NCBI GenBank assembly: GCA_950097015.1
Contig: CATNEN010000038.1
Location: 1,178,001-1,242,000 of the forward strand
Length of the DNA: 64,000 bases
Source of the DNA: Macrostomum hystrix
Lineage: Eukaryota > Animalia > Platyhelminthes
Reading direction: 5' to 3'
The notes beneath the pieces were generated by a model. The model was not told the origin of the DNA. It searched no databases and saw nothing but the letters and a program-made list of their open reading frames with translations. The position numbers were made by a program, and so were the translations under genes. Each line of letters opens with the position of its first letter. The stretch's first letter is position 1. This document shows, piece after piece, positions 11,401 to 23,300 of the stretch.

Positions 11401-14400
11401 ACATGAAACAAAAAAGTAATAAACTCGTATTTGAAAAAGATAATTGCTTACATCGGCGACCAAAGGATTCGTTATGTGGGACAGTATCGGGCGCAGCAGA
11501 TCAGATAGCTTTTGGCCAATTTTTTCACCAATTTTGGCTGAAAAAAATATTTTTAGGAAACATTTAGGCTTTAAGTTGAGTATTATATTATGGGTGTCAA
11601 GTGGGCCAGACAGTGGGTGATTTTTTTGGAGCGAGAGTGCTGTGTAGCTGTGAAATGGGGCAGACTGTCAGTGGGGTGGTGGGTGCTTGTTTGGAGCGAG
11701 AGTGCTGTGTAGCTGTGAAATGGGGCAGACTGTCAGTGGGGTGGTGGGTGCTTGTTTGGAGCGAGAGTGCTGTGTAGCTGTGAAATGGGGCAGACTGTCA
11801 GTGGGGTGGTGGGTGCTTGTTTGGAGCGAGAGTGCTGTGTAGCTGTGAAATGGGGCAGACTGTCAGTGGGGTGGTGGGTGCTTGTTTGGAGCGAGAGTGC
11901 TGTGTAGGCGTGAAATGGGGCAGACTGTCAGTGGGGTGGTGGGTGCTTGTTTGGAGCGAGAGTGCTGTGTAGCTGTGAAATGGGGCAGACTGTCAGTGGG
12001 GTGGTGGGTGCTTGTTTGGAGCGAGAGTGCTGTGTAGGCGTGAAATGGGGCAGACTGTCAGTGGGGTGGTGGGTGCTTGTTTGGAGCGAGAGTGCTGTAT
12101 AGGCGTGAAATGGGGCAGACTGTCAGTGGGGTGGTGGGTGCTTGTTTGGAGCGAGAGTGCTGTGTAGGCGTGAAATGGGGCAGACTGTCAGTGGGGTGGT
12201 GGGTGCTTGTTTGGAGCGAGAGTGCTGTGTAGGCGTGAAATGGGGCAGACTGTCAGTGGGGTGGTGGGTGCTTGCTTGCAGCGAGAGTGCTGTGTAGGCG
12301 TGAAATGGGGCAGACTGTCAGTGGGGTGGTGGGTGCTTGTTTGGAGCGAGAGTGCTGTGTAGGCGTGAAATGGGGCAGACTGTCAGTGGGGTGGTAGGTG
12401 CTTGTTTGGAGCGAGATGCTGGGGTAGGAGTGGATTCAACAGGCCTGTTCTTACATACGAAAGGAGTGAGTGAGGTGGTGGGTGCTTTGTTAGAGTAAAA
12501 GTACAAATTTGGTTACAAACGCACCTCGAATTAGATTCTGCAGTTCGGCCTTCTTTTGCAGTACAGTGTGCACGATTGGACGCACCTTCTCCGCCAAAGT
12601 TTCCGACTGCGCCTTGGCTACATCCTGCATTTTCTTCCAGGCTGGCTCGGCGAGCCGCTCGATGGCCAGGGCGGCGCCGCCCCTGCCCTTGTGCCAGGCC
12701 ACCAGTCGGCCAAGCGGAAGGCGACGGATCTGCGAGAGGGCATTTTGGCGCGGGACGTTACGTAAAACTAGATAGGGCATTCAAGTGCTTGATTGAAAGC
12801 TTTTACCTGATCAAGCAACTCCGGCTTGCAAGACGCTTCAAAGATAGCCAAAAAGGCCATGTGGGCCAGTATCTGGCCTTCGGTTCCGTCGTCTTCGAAA
12901 TCGGACAATTCCGACACACTCGACGACATCTTCTTCACGGTCCGATCGAAGGTGATGGCCATTTCATCCTTCTTTAAATCTCGGGCTACAGTTTGTTATT
13001 CGGCAGAAAAAATATATAGAAAATATGAATTGTCGTCAAAGCTTTTTGAGTATTAAATTTGACTCACGTGAGCTCCTTCCGAGGCACTGCTCAACAACGC
13101 TTTGCCACTGTTTTCCCGCCTCCGTGTTGCTGCTATCGGGTTCATCATCCATGGGTTGAACCTTGGAGCCGAAGCAGCCGCAAATGCCCTAAAAAGGGTA
13201 AAAATATGCACAATTTCCTAGTAATGAATTGGTGTGACCGAACACATGAGTACTGGACTGCATGAGTACTGGAGTGCGTGCGTACTGGAGTGCGTGCGTA
13301 CTGGAGTGCGTAAGTACTGGTCTACTAATGGTATGCATGTGAGCTCGTGAGCAGATGTATATAAGTCATAATGCATCTTATGCCCTTACCCCGGATGGCG
13401 GCTTGCTCAGCTGGAAGATGTAGTTGGTGCGCATCCCGTGGGCCAGAGCCCAGGAGTGGCGCGGATAACCGACCTCGGGTTGATCGCATTGCAAATCAAG
13501 GCAGATGGTTCTGACCTCCTGCTCATAGTGCCGCTTGACTTCGCGCACGAGTTTGTAACCAGCAGTTCGAATGACCTCCTTGGCCTTGGCGGGGTCGGCT
13601 ATGGCAGCAGCCTGGGCGTTGGCGAAAACTCCCAGATTTCCGTCGGGCAGCTCAACCAAGTGTACCTCAGACCAGCTGCCGAATGCACCTTCGTTGGGCC
13701 CGGAGCGCATCCAGCACTGCCCCGAGTGGAACTTCTTCGACGAGACAGAGTCCCACTTGTGGCGGTTCAGAGTAATAAATTGGTGGTATCATGACCGATA
13801 AAAACACCGTTCTCTTGAATGTAGCTACTAGAGTACGCATGTACTAGAGTATGCACGTACTAGATTACGTATGTACTAGAGTGCGCATGTACTAGAGTAC
13901 GCATGTACTAGAGTACACTAGTACTAGGCTACTAAAAGGAGCGATTTGTATGATTCCTGCCCGGACGCCATCTGTGTACTTCTTACTCACGTCTCGATAA
14001 AGAAGCTCCCGTGTCTCGCTTGCAGCGGCTTGCTGCTCCTCGAACTCAGCCTTAAGCCTCAGAAAGAGTGCGGCCGGGTAGGATTTGGCAAATTTTTCAC
14101 CGAATTCCGTCAAGAACGTCTCAGTTTTGGCTGGAGTGAAGTAATTGTACGTGATTTGATAAATTTTGTTTCAGAAACTGTGATTTCTCACCTGCTACGA
14201 TTCTGACTACAATGCCTGCTATGATTCTGACTACAATGCCTGCTACGATTCTGACTACGATTCCTGCTACGATTCTGACTACAATTCCACCTTCGATTCT
14301 GACTGCAAATAAAATAGATTAGGGCCCTGTTGAATTTTTAAGTGAACGCATTGTGATCAGGAACTGAGTGATCAAACACGGTCTAAATTCGTCGAGGCCT

Positions 14401-14936
14401 GTACTCACGTCCAATGTCGTCCATTTGGATGGGTGGCGGGCAGAGGCTTCGCAGGTAATTGCAGATCGCACTAGATTAAAACAAAGTTTTGATTGCGACG
14501 CGATACAGCAACTCGAGTGAGAATGAAAGCTTATATTTTAATAAGCTCGCGATTGAGTCGGTTGGTTACTAAGGCGACTAACTCAAGCTGGTAAGTACCC
14601 ATAATTTGAGTATTCATTAGTCCTGAGTGGTTGCTAGTAGTTACTGGGGCAATATCAGCTTTAGGTGGGTACGAGTCATTGACAACGAAACTATGCGAGA
14701 GTGCGTAAATTCAATGTGCCATTACGAACTTAATTAACAAGTTGAGATTGGAATTAAGCTTGGAAGTAAGCCAATACAGATGCTAAATTAATTACCTATA
14801 TACATGAGAAACAATTCTTGATTGCCTCCAGCTCTAGCAGAGAGACAAAGAGAGTTACACTTTCAGTGAGGCATTCTGACACTGACAGCTATGAGTTTGA
14901 GAACAAATTTAGTACTCCATGCTGCACTTACCTCAT
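8439..14936 (-). CDS. Niban/FAM129-like PH-domain protein, 12 coding exons, ~589 aa
   Basis: Exons (minus): 14936-14932, 14470-14409, 14130-13991, 13755-13390, 13188-13068, 12985-12807, 12729-12525, 11537-11452, 11361-11278, 10821-10435, 9672-9561, 8461-8439; all GT-AG and phase-consistent (1770 nt). Motifs recalled from Niban: KTETFLTEF...YPAALF, EVIRTAGYKLV, W.L.HGMRTNYIF, KQWQSVVEQC, GTEGQILAH, IIDIEAEYTTLL. First and last exons are less certain. Confidence 0.8.
8537..9550. repeat. Intronic ~21-24-bp minisatellite (CCTGTCTACCGTCTCTCCCACTT) in last Niban-like intron
   Basis: Visible periodicity; abuts the donor site at 9560. Confidence 0.95.
9860..10390. repeat. Intronic 28-bp minisatellite (GGGAAATCCTAGAGGTAAATCTCGAAAA)
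   Basis: Homogeneous core 10010-10310 with degenerate flanks. Confidence 0.93.
11605..12415. repeat. Intronic 65-bp minisatellite, ~12 copies
   Basis: TTGGAGCGAG recurs every 65 bp (11691, 11756...). Confidence 0.97.
13826..13925. repeat. Short intronic 16-bp array (TACTAGAGTACGCATG)
   Basis: About 6 degenerate copies; a related GTACTGGAGTGCGTGC array lies at ~13250-13320. Confidence 0.75.
14193..14305. repeat. Short intronic 24-bp array (CTGCTACGATTCTGACTACAATGC)
   Basis: About 4.5 copies visible. Confidence 0.8.
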
Positions 14937-15232
14937 TGTTAATGGCTTAAACGTTGAGTCTATAGAGTGGACGTGTGAAATTTACCGCAGCTTTTACCAA
15001 AAAATGTTCTCTACCCAGGTTGCTGTGGTTTCAGTAGAAATAAGCAATCGAATCTGTTTAATTTAGACAGGTTGACAAATGTAAACTTATTCACCTTTAC
15101 ACAGTAAACACTTTAGACAGATCCAATATTCAAGACTGTGTATTGGTCAGCCAATTAACAGCCATTCAACTATTTGTGTGCTGCGGCGGAAATCATGATA
15201 CTAATATATAATATTTTATATTTTATGCTGTG

Positions 15233-15900
15233 AATCCTAACGGGTTCTATTGACCATGTTTGTGTCTAACAGGTGTGCATCCTAACGTTTTCTATTGACC
15301 ATGTTTGTGTCTAACAGGTGTGCATCCTAACGGGTTCTATTGATCATGTTTGTGTCTAACAGGTGTGCATCCTAACGGGTTCTATTGATCATGTTTGTGT
15401 CTAACAGGTGTGCATCCTAACGGGTTCTATTGATCATGTTTGTGTCTAACAGGTGTGCATCCTAACGGGTTCTATTGATCATGTTTGTGTCTAACAGGTG
15501 TGCATCCTAACGGGTTCTATTGATCATGTTTGTGTCTAACAGGTGTGCATCCTAACGGGTTCTATTGATCATGTTTGTGTCTAACAGGTGTGCATCCTAA
15601 CGGGTTCTATTGATCATGTTTGAGTCTAACAGGTGTGTATGCTTGCTGTTCTAGTGATCATGCTTGAGTCTAACAGGTGTGTATGCTTGCTGTTCTAGTG
15701 ATCATGCTTGAGTCTAACAGGTGTGTATGCTTGCTGTTCTAGTGATCATGCTTGAGTCTAACAGGTGTGTATGCTTGCTGTTCTAGTGATCATGCTTGAG
15801 TCTAACAGGTGTGTATGCTTGCTGTTCTAGTGATCATGTTTGAGTCTAACAGGTGTGTATGCTTGCTGTTCTAGTGATCATGTTTGAGCCAAACAAGTGT
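15233..15900. repeat. Compound minisatellite: 45-bp unit switching to a related 44-bp unit at ~15620
   Basis: Both units share ATCATG-TTG-GTCTAACAGGTGTG; abrupt unit switch. Confidence 0.95.
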
Positions 15901-18245
15901 GCATACATGGTTTTAAATTTCAGGTACGATTCGCTTAACCGAATGAAAACTGATTTTCGTAGAATTTCATAGTTTAAACTAGATCTTTGCTACCCGATGT
16001 CAGTGTGTATTTACATTTTATCACGAATATTTTATATTTCGGCCAGCAAATCTGCGGATGCGTCATGGAAATCAGGTCAAATTGTTTGTGCATCTTCAAG
16101 TCGTGCTTAGCATAAACAATTATAGTAATCTAGCAGCGTATCTACGAACACATTTTGTATACAGGCGTGTGTAGGTGTGGGGGCTTTATATTGCAATACT
16201 GTCGTTTTGTCCTATATTTTCATCCGATTTTATGTTTGCTGGTCAAATCGCTGCTTTCTATAACATTCTGATTCTTAATTAAAGCCGGCTTCTTAAAGTG
16301 TCTGTCGATTGCCCACGCATTCGGGCTATACTATAGTAGGGGCTACCACCTTTTAAGGCAATCAATTGTTTACTCATGCAGTGTATGCTGCCTCCCGAAA
16401 ATCATTCCTGTTAAATTACTGCAAGTCACCAATGTGATATTGAAGAGCCATTCTATAAATTTGTGTTGCATGCATGCGGTCGCGAACAATAATTTGAAAC
16501 TTGTGTTCTAAATTACAAATCTTTTGATTTCACAATGCCCATCTGCATGGGGACTGGACCTGCATTCAAAGCACATGCGCAAAGCATGCGTGGTAGCTTT
16601 CCCGTATTTGTACGCGCGCGAAATCTCGCCAGCCGATCGGTGATTGGTTGGGAGGGGAGTGGGGTGGGTGCGGGACTGTGAAAAGGGGTGATTACGTAAC
16701 ATGGTTTATGATCGAAAGAACAAAATAAGGGAGGGAGGTAAGGTGTGCGATTTAAAAAGAAGAGATAACTTTTTACTATGCGCGCAATGGAAAATGGAGG
16801 AGGGGTGCAGGGGCTAGCCGCGCTTGACAAGTAAAGAAGTCATAAGGCAGCTTTGCTGGCAAAAGTCCCGCCGGCAAACTTCGTACACCCTTTTCTTTTC
16901 ATTTGTTACTTTCATGACTAGTACTTGAAGTAGAATTTTGTAACTAAAAATCGTCCATTGGTGAAAAAGCAGTCGGCACTCATGATGGGGCGATGCCGCC
17001 AATTCTGTCTCATTTTTTTTCTTATCTCCCAGTCACAGCTCATGCACATAAACAGCGCATATTTGCATGGCATATGAAGCGCGTGGGATACGCGAGTAAG
17101 ATATGCTGTTTTATGAACAGGTTTTACGAATACGCGAATTCAGCGAAGAAACGCGCATATTTTACTCAGTGCGTAAAATGCACATTCCTATGTACGCGAC
17201 CAGCACACCGCTCACCCACCTAAATGCAACTTTACATTGAAAATACCCGTTATGTGAATGCATGTGTGCTATCATTTGTAGAATATATAGTTTGTTAATT
17301 AGGAATAAGTTAAAGATAAATAATTTTGATACAGAGGCAAATCAATTTTTATATTATTGTTGTAGTGCAAAGTTTTTATATGTTGTAAATTTCGTTTATT
17401 TCGTAAAAATACCAATACGCTCGTATAATCTTGAAGTAAAAAATACGCTTAAAAATAAACTATTTACTTTTTCTTATCACTCTACCGATAGTAATATGTT
17501 GTATATATGCGTTGTTTTAATACTTACTGTACAGACAATATCTTGCGAAATTAGACAATTCTAAACAAAGATTAAAATTCACTTGTATAAATAGCCGAAA
17601 CTTTCAAACAGAAAATAAATCCTCATCGCGCCGCGCTAGCTTACGTGTTTCGCTTGCTTATTGGAGTCAGAATCAAGAAGTTTGTTCAGATATAGAAAGG
17701 AGTGCCTTGTAAAAGGAATATACATTGTGTTATTCATTTTATAAGAGAGGAAATGCTAAGAAATATACTAAGATTAATACTATAAGAACCATAAGAGGGA
17801 ACTGCTAAACTCTAATCTCGCGCGGGGACGCCTAATTGACTGGAAAATACATTCAGTTGCCTAGTTTACCGCTCGTGCAATACAGCTGATGCTACCAGAT
17901 AGTGTGAAGTGAACGCTACCATTAGAGTATTGAAGCTTGCAAAAGGAATAACATTGACATTAGTGAAATTGTTAAGTTATTAAGATATTAGGCCTTCAAC
18001 AACTTTGGTGTCAACAATAGGATAATAGTTAAATCTAAATACCGGCCTAGTTCAACTTTGGTGACAGCGGTGGGATTTTCTCATACGCCTATAAATCTAA
18101 AATAAGCCTGTAATATTATAATGCCCAGAAAGCCAAATTCTTCACAATATTGTTGTTGTTCTTCGAGTATTATGAAATATTGAGTTCAGTGAAGTTGCGC
18201 AAATATGTGTGGTATTTTCAGTATAGATCGTTAGGAACAAAATTT

Positions 18246-18293
18246 CAAGGACCACTAGAAGAAGATTCTTCTTTCTTCTTCTAGTGGTCCTTG
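18246..18293. mobile_element. 48-bp miniature TIR element (20-bp perfect TIRs, 8-bp TSD)
   Basis: CAAGGACCACTAGAAGAAGA (18246-18265) and its exact reverse complement (18274-18293), flanked by identical CAAAATTT at 18238-18245 and 18294-18301. Confidence 0.8.
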
Positions 18294-20340
18294 CAAAATT
18301 TATGTGCTGAGATTGTGAGATTGTGAGAAAACATAATGATGTTTTCTGCCATGTCGATTTAAAAAGATTTTCGATTTTAAAAGTCTGATGTGAGTAAAAG
18401 CATGCTCTACGGTTGTAAAATTGCGTCGACGTTTGCTTAATTCGTTAATTTCAAAAAAGGGTCACAAATTCAAATGTTTTTTCGTCGAACTGTTAAATTT
18501 ATTTTGAGTTAGTCTACAAATTTCCCTTGGGTTCCTACGTTCCGTATTTTATTATGTATATATACAATGCATTTTGTTAGCCGTTTTGTAGGTAATTTAT
18601 TACAAAGGCGTTATATTATGTCTTTCTAAAATAATCTGTGATTGCTTTATGTAGATTGCAAATTTTGTTATTGCCTATGAATAATCGACTTCGACAATCA
18701 CTGGAATCACAGTGCCGTCTGTTCTTTATGAGCTCATGAACCATGAGTATTGACTTCCCAGTATCGAAATCTTAAATGTTAAAATTTACATAGGCCTATA
18801 TATATATTATTTGACCATTAGCATTGTCTTTAGTTATATCTTCACTGATACTTCTAGGAACTTAGGAAGTTCTAGATTAAGATAGAGTATAATAATTTAA
18901 CTTAAATATACTTCATAATAGGCCCTATAATCTATTTTATGCCTCACTTATGCCTACCAGACATTACCTACACTATGGCTGTTTCTAATATTGAGTCCTG
19001 GCAGTTCTTATTGTAGGGATCTTGAAGCATTCAAGCCATAAAATTCACTATAAAAGTTGTAATGTGATAGATTGTAGGTTACTAAAAAGATGTTAATTTT
19101 TTCATTGTAAGTTAACTTTTAGAGTGAAATAAATATTAACATGTAATTAGTAACCAGCTTCAGCTTGCCCTAATTTGTAGCACTGCAAATGTAGGTGTAG
19201 TAGTAAAAAGTTATCTTGTGCACAATGCTGTCATTGATTGACAGCTGGCATATATGATAGCTAGCAGTGATAGGCACTTAACAGCCTTAAAAGTTAATTT
19301 TGGTTAACAAATGTGATGAAATTTATTTAACAGCTAAAATTTTTGGGTAACTAGAGAAAAGTTATATTTGTATAAGTCCCTTAAAGTTTAATTAGTCTAT
19401 TAGTGTTTCTGCTAGTTGTTTTGGATTTCTTTAAAAATAGAAAAGAGTAACAAAGATTATTTTAACTATATATGCATAAATAGCTAAACATTAAAAACTG
19501 TTTTTTAAGCTGCCTTTTAAACTTAATTAGTTTGTAGTGTCATAATAAAATCTTAAGATATTTAAAATATATAGTTGTTTTTGTTATTTTTCCAATCAAG
19601 AATTTAGTACAGTTAGAAATAGACTTTTAAACGTGAATGTTGATCTTTATTTACTGCAAATCATTGACAAATTTAATTAGTTTAGAATAGGCAAAGCCTA
19701 AAAGAAAGAAAGCTTTGTAATTGAATTCATTAGTAATGCTCAAATTGTCAAATCACAAACAATATATAAAGATATGTAGATGGCATCAGTATTCAATCTC
19801 TGCTTTAGCTTTAGAACATGAATCAGATTGTGAATCATTTCTTTGCTGGTGCTCTAGTTTAGCCAGAATATTTAAAATCATTTTAAACAGTTTTTAAATA
19901 AATATTGATCTTGATACTAAAATGAAAAGGATTATTAGCTTTCTCAATGAAGCAGCAAATTTGAGAAGGTAAAATTTGCTAGGAAAATGGACTTTTATTT
20001 TTAAATTTGACTATTTAATAGACTAATAAGCAAGACCTATAGCCAAATAGGCACTTTAAAAAAATAACTTTATTGGACTTACCATTAACAAAGTTAGAAA
20101 AATAAACTTGCCTGTCACTGATAGCTAGGGCCTGTGGTAAATCTGGGCTGAGTCCTATGCTTGACCTATTGGCATAGTAATTGGCATAGTAATACCTTTA
20201 TATTAATTAGTTATAAGTCTGTTATTTAGACATATTGTCATAGAATTGTCATTGTCATATAATTTCAAGTCCTAAAAGTATTCATAATTAATTAAATAAA
20301 ATATTAAATTTGCAGCAGTAAAATCATACTGACTTGGAAA

Positions 20341-23300
20341 ATGCAACACGATCATGAACTGGCACCACCTGCTTATGCTACCCAATCACTCAGTCTCGCG
20401 TCTTTAACTTCCGATCAGCGAATTGCTTCAGCCAGAATGTTTATTAGAGCCAAAGTTGTGCGCAACGATGCCAAGGCTGAGATCAGGCACCAGGATGTCC
20501 TGTTCACGGGCCGACCCCCGCCAGGTGCTTGATCTGAACACACGAAATCTAAAATTTTATTGTTGCAATCTTTCATATATGATTCTTTTGAGTCGTTCAC
20601 TTACCTGCAAAAGCAGCTATAATAATAAAAACTATTTGTCGTCTATATCAGCTCTCTGATTGTATATCCTTTTTGATTAACACCTGTCTGATCGCTAATT
20701 TTCTATTAGTGGTTTCCTATCTCCGATTTTACGACTGCATTTCCGTCTCTTTGCTTTTATAGTTTGTTTCCTGCTTTGGTCCAGGTTACAATATTATCTT
20801 TGTGCCTTTTTTGCATCTCTGATCTCTCTGCGATTCTGCTCCTCTGTCCTCACCTGCTTTTCACTCCTGCTCTCTGTCCTCTCCTGCATTTCACTCCTGC
20901 ACAGTTCACATTTCACTCTCCCTCTCCACTCTCCCCTTCTCCACTTTCTCCTTTCCACTCTCTCGCTCCGTTCTCTCCCTCTCTGTTCTCTCCCTCTCAG
21001 TTCTCTCCCTCTCCGCTCTCTCCCTCTTTGTTCTCTCCCTCTCCGCTCTCTCCCTCTTTGTTCTTTCACTCGCCGTTCTCTCCCTCTCCGCTCTCTCCCT
21101 CTCCGTTCTCTCCCTCTCTGTTCTCTCCCTCTCCGCTCTCTCCCTCTCTGTTCTCTCCCTCTCCGTTCTCTCCCTCTCCGCTCTCTCCCTCTCCGTTCTC
21201 TCCCTCTCCGCTCTCTCCCTCTTTGTTCTCTCCCTCTCCGCTCTCTCCCTCTTTGTTCTTTCCCTCTCCGTTCTCTCCCTCTCCGCTCTCTCCCTCTCCG
21301 TTCTCCCTCTCTGTTCTCTCCCTCTCCGTTCTCTCCCTTTCTGTTCTCTCCCTCTCTGTTCTCTCCCTCTCCGCTCTCTCCCTCTCCATTCTCTCCCTCT
21401 CCGTTCTCTCCCTCTCCGTTCTCTCCCTCTCTGTTCTCTCCCTCTCCGCTCTCTCCCTCTCCATTCTCTCCCTCTCCGTTCTCTCCCTCTCTGTTCTCTC
21501 CCTCTCCGCTCTCTCCCTCTCCGTTCTCTCCCTCTCTGTTCTCTCCCTCTCTGTTCTCTCCCTCTCCGTTCTCTCCCTCTCTGTTCTCTCCCTCTCCGTT
21601 CTCTCCCTCTCAGTTCTCTCCCTCTCCGTTCTCTCCCTCTCCGCTCTCTCCATATTCGCTCCTGCACAGTTCACATTTCACTCTCCCTCTCCACTCTCCC
21701 CTTCTCCACTTTCTCCTTTCCACTCTCTCGCTCCGTTCTCTCCCTCTCTGTTCTCTCCCTCTCAGTTCTCTCCCTCTCCGCTCTCTCCCTCTTTGTTCTC
21801 TCCCTCTCCGCTCTCTCCCTCTTTGTTCTTTCACTCGCCGTTCTCTCCCTCTCCGCTCTCTCCCTCTCCGTTCTCTCCCTCTCTGTTCTCTCCCTCTCCG
21901 CTCTCTCCCTCTCTGTTCTCTCCCTCTCCGTTCTCTCCCTCTCCGCTCTCTCCCTCTCCGTTCTCTCCCTCTCCGCTCTCTCCCTCTTTGTTCTCTCCCT
22001 CTCCGCTCTCTCCATCTTTGTTCTTTCCCTCTCCGTTCTCTCCCTCTCCGCTCTCTCCCTCTCCGTTCTCCCTCTCTGTTCTCTCCCTCTCCGTTCTCTC
22101 CCTTTCTGTTCTCTCCCTCTCTGTTCTCTCCCTCTCCGCTCTCTCCCTCTCCATTCTCTCCCTCTCCGTTCTCTCCCTCTCCGTTCTCTCCCTCTCTGTT
22201 CTCTCCCTCTCCGCTCTCTCCCTCTCCATTCTCTCCCTCTCCGTTCTCTCCCTCTCTGTTCTCTCCCTCTCCGCTCTCTCCCTCTCCGTTCTCTCCCTCT
22301 CTGTTCTCTCCCTCTCTGTTCTCTCCCTCTCCGTTCTCTCCCTCTCTGTTCTCTCCCTCTCCGTTCTCTCCCTCTCAGTTCTCTCCCTCTCCGTTCTCTC
22401 CCTCTCCGCTCTCTCCATATTCGCTCCTGCACAGTTCACATTTCACTCTCCCTCTCCACTCTCCCCTTCTCCACTTTCTCCTTTCCACTCTCTCGCTCCG
22501 TTCTCTCCCTCTCTGTTCTCTCCCTCTCAGTTCTCTCCCTCTCCGCTCTCTCCCTCTTTGTTCTCTCCCTCTCCGCTCTCTCCCTCTTTGTTCTTTCACT
22601 CGCCGTTCTCTCCCTCTCCGCTCTCTCCCTCTCCGTTCTCTCCCTCTCTGTTCTCTCCCTCTCCGCTCTCTCCCTCTCTGTTCTCTCCCTCTCCGTTCTC
22701 TCCCTCTCCGCTCTCTCCCTCTCCGTTCTCTCCCTCTCCGCTCTCTCCCTCTTTGTTCTCTCCCTCTCCGCTCTCTCCCTCTTTGTTCTTTCCCTCTCCG
22801 TTCTCTCCCTCTCCGCTCTCTCCCTCTCCGTTCTCCCTCTCTGTTCTCTCCCTCTCCGTTCTCTCCCTTTCTGTTCTCTCCCTCTCTGTTCTCTCCCTCT
22901 CCGCTCTCTCCCTCTCCATTCTCTCCCTCTCCGTTCTCTCCCTCTCCGTTCTCTCCCTCTCTGTTCTCTCCCTCTCCGCTCTCTCCCTCTCCATTCTCTC
23001 CCTCTCCGTTCTCTCCCTCTCTGTTCTCTCCCTCTCCGTTCTCTCCCTCTCCGTTCTCTCCCTCTCTGTTCTCTCCCTCTCCGTTCTCTCCCTCTCCGTT
23101 CTCTCCCTCTCCGCTCTCTCCCTCTCTGTTCTCTCCCTCTCCGCTCTCTCCATATTCGCTCTCTCCCGCTCTGTTTCCCCTTGTTACATTTTTCTTGATT
23201 TCTTTTATTTTATTGGGTGTAATGATGATTTTCACCCGTGTTATCATTCCTACTCATCAATGCAAAGCAGTCTATTCGTTCTCAGTTGTCATGCTTCCAT

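Noticed and set aside
12768-12962. Apparent frameshift or pseudogene in the Niban-like gene
   Set aside because: Resolved by a 77-nt GT-AG intron (12806-12730) that restores the frame.
16460-17235. DNA transposon defined by weak inverted motifs (TGCGGTCGCGAACA / TGTACGCGACCAGCA)
   Set aside because: Match is short and imperfect; no termini or TSD identified.
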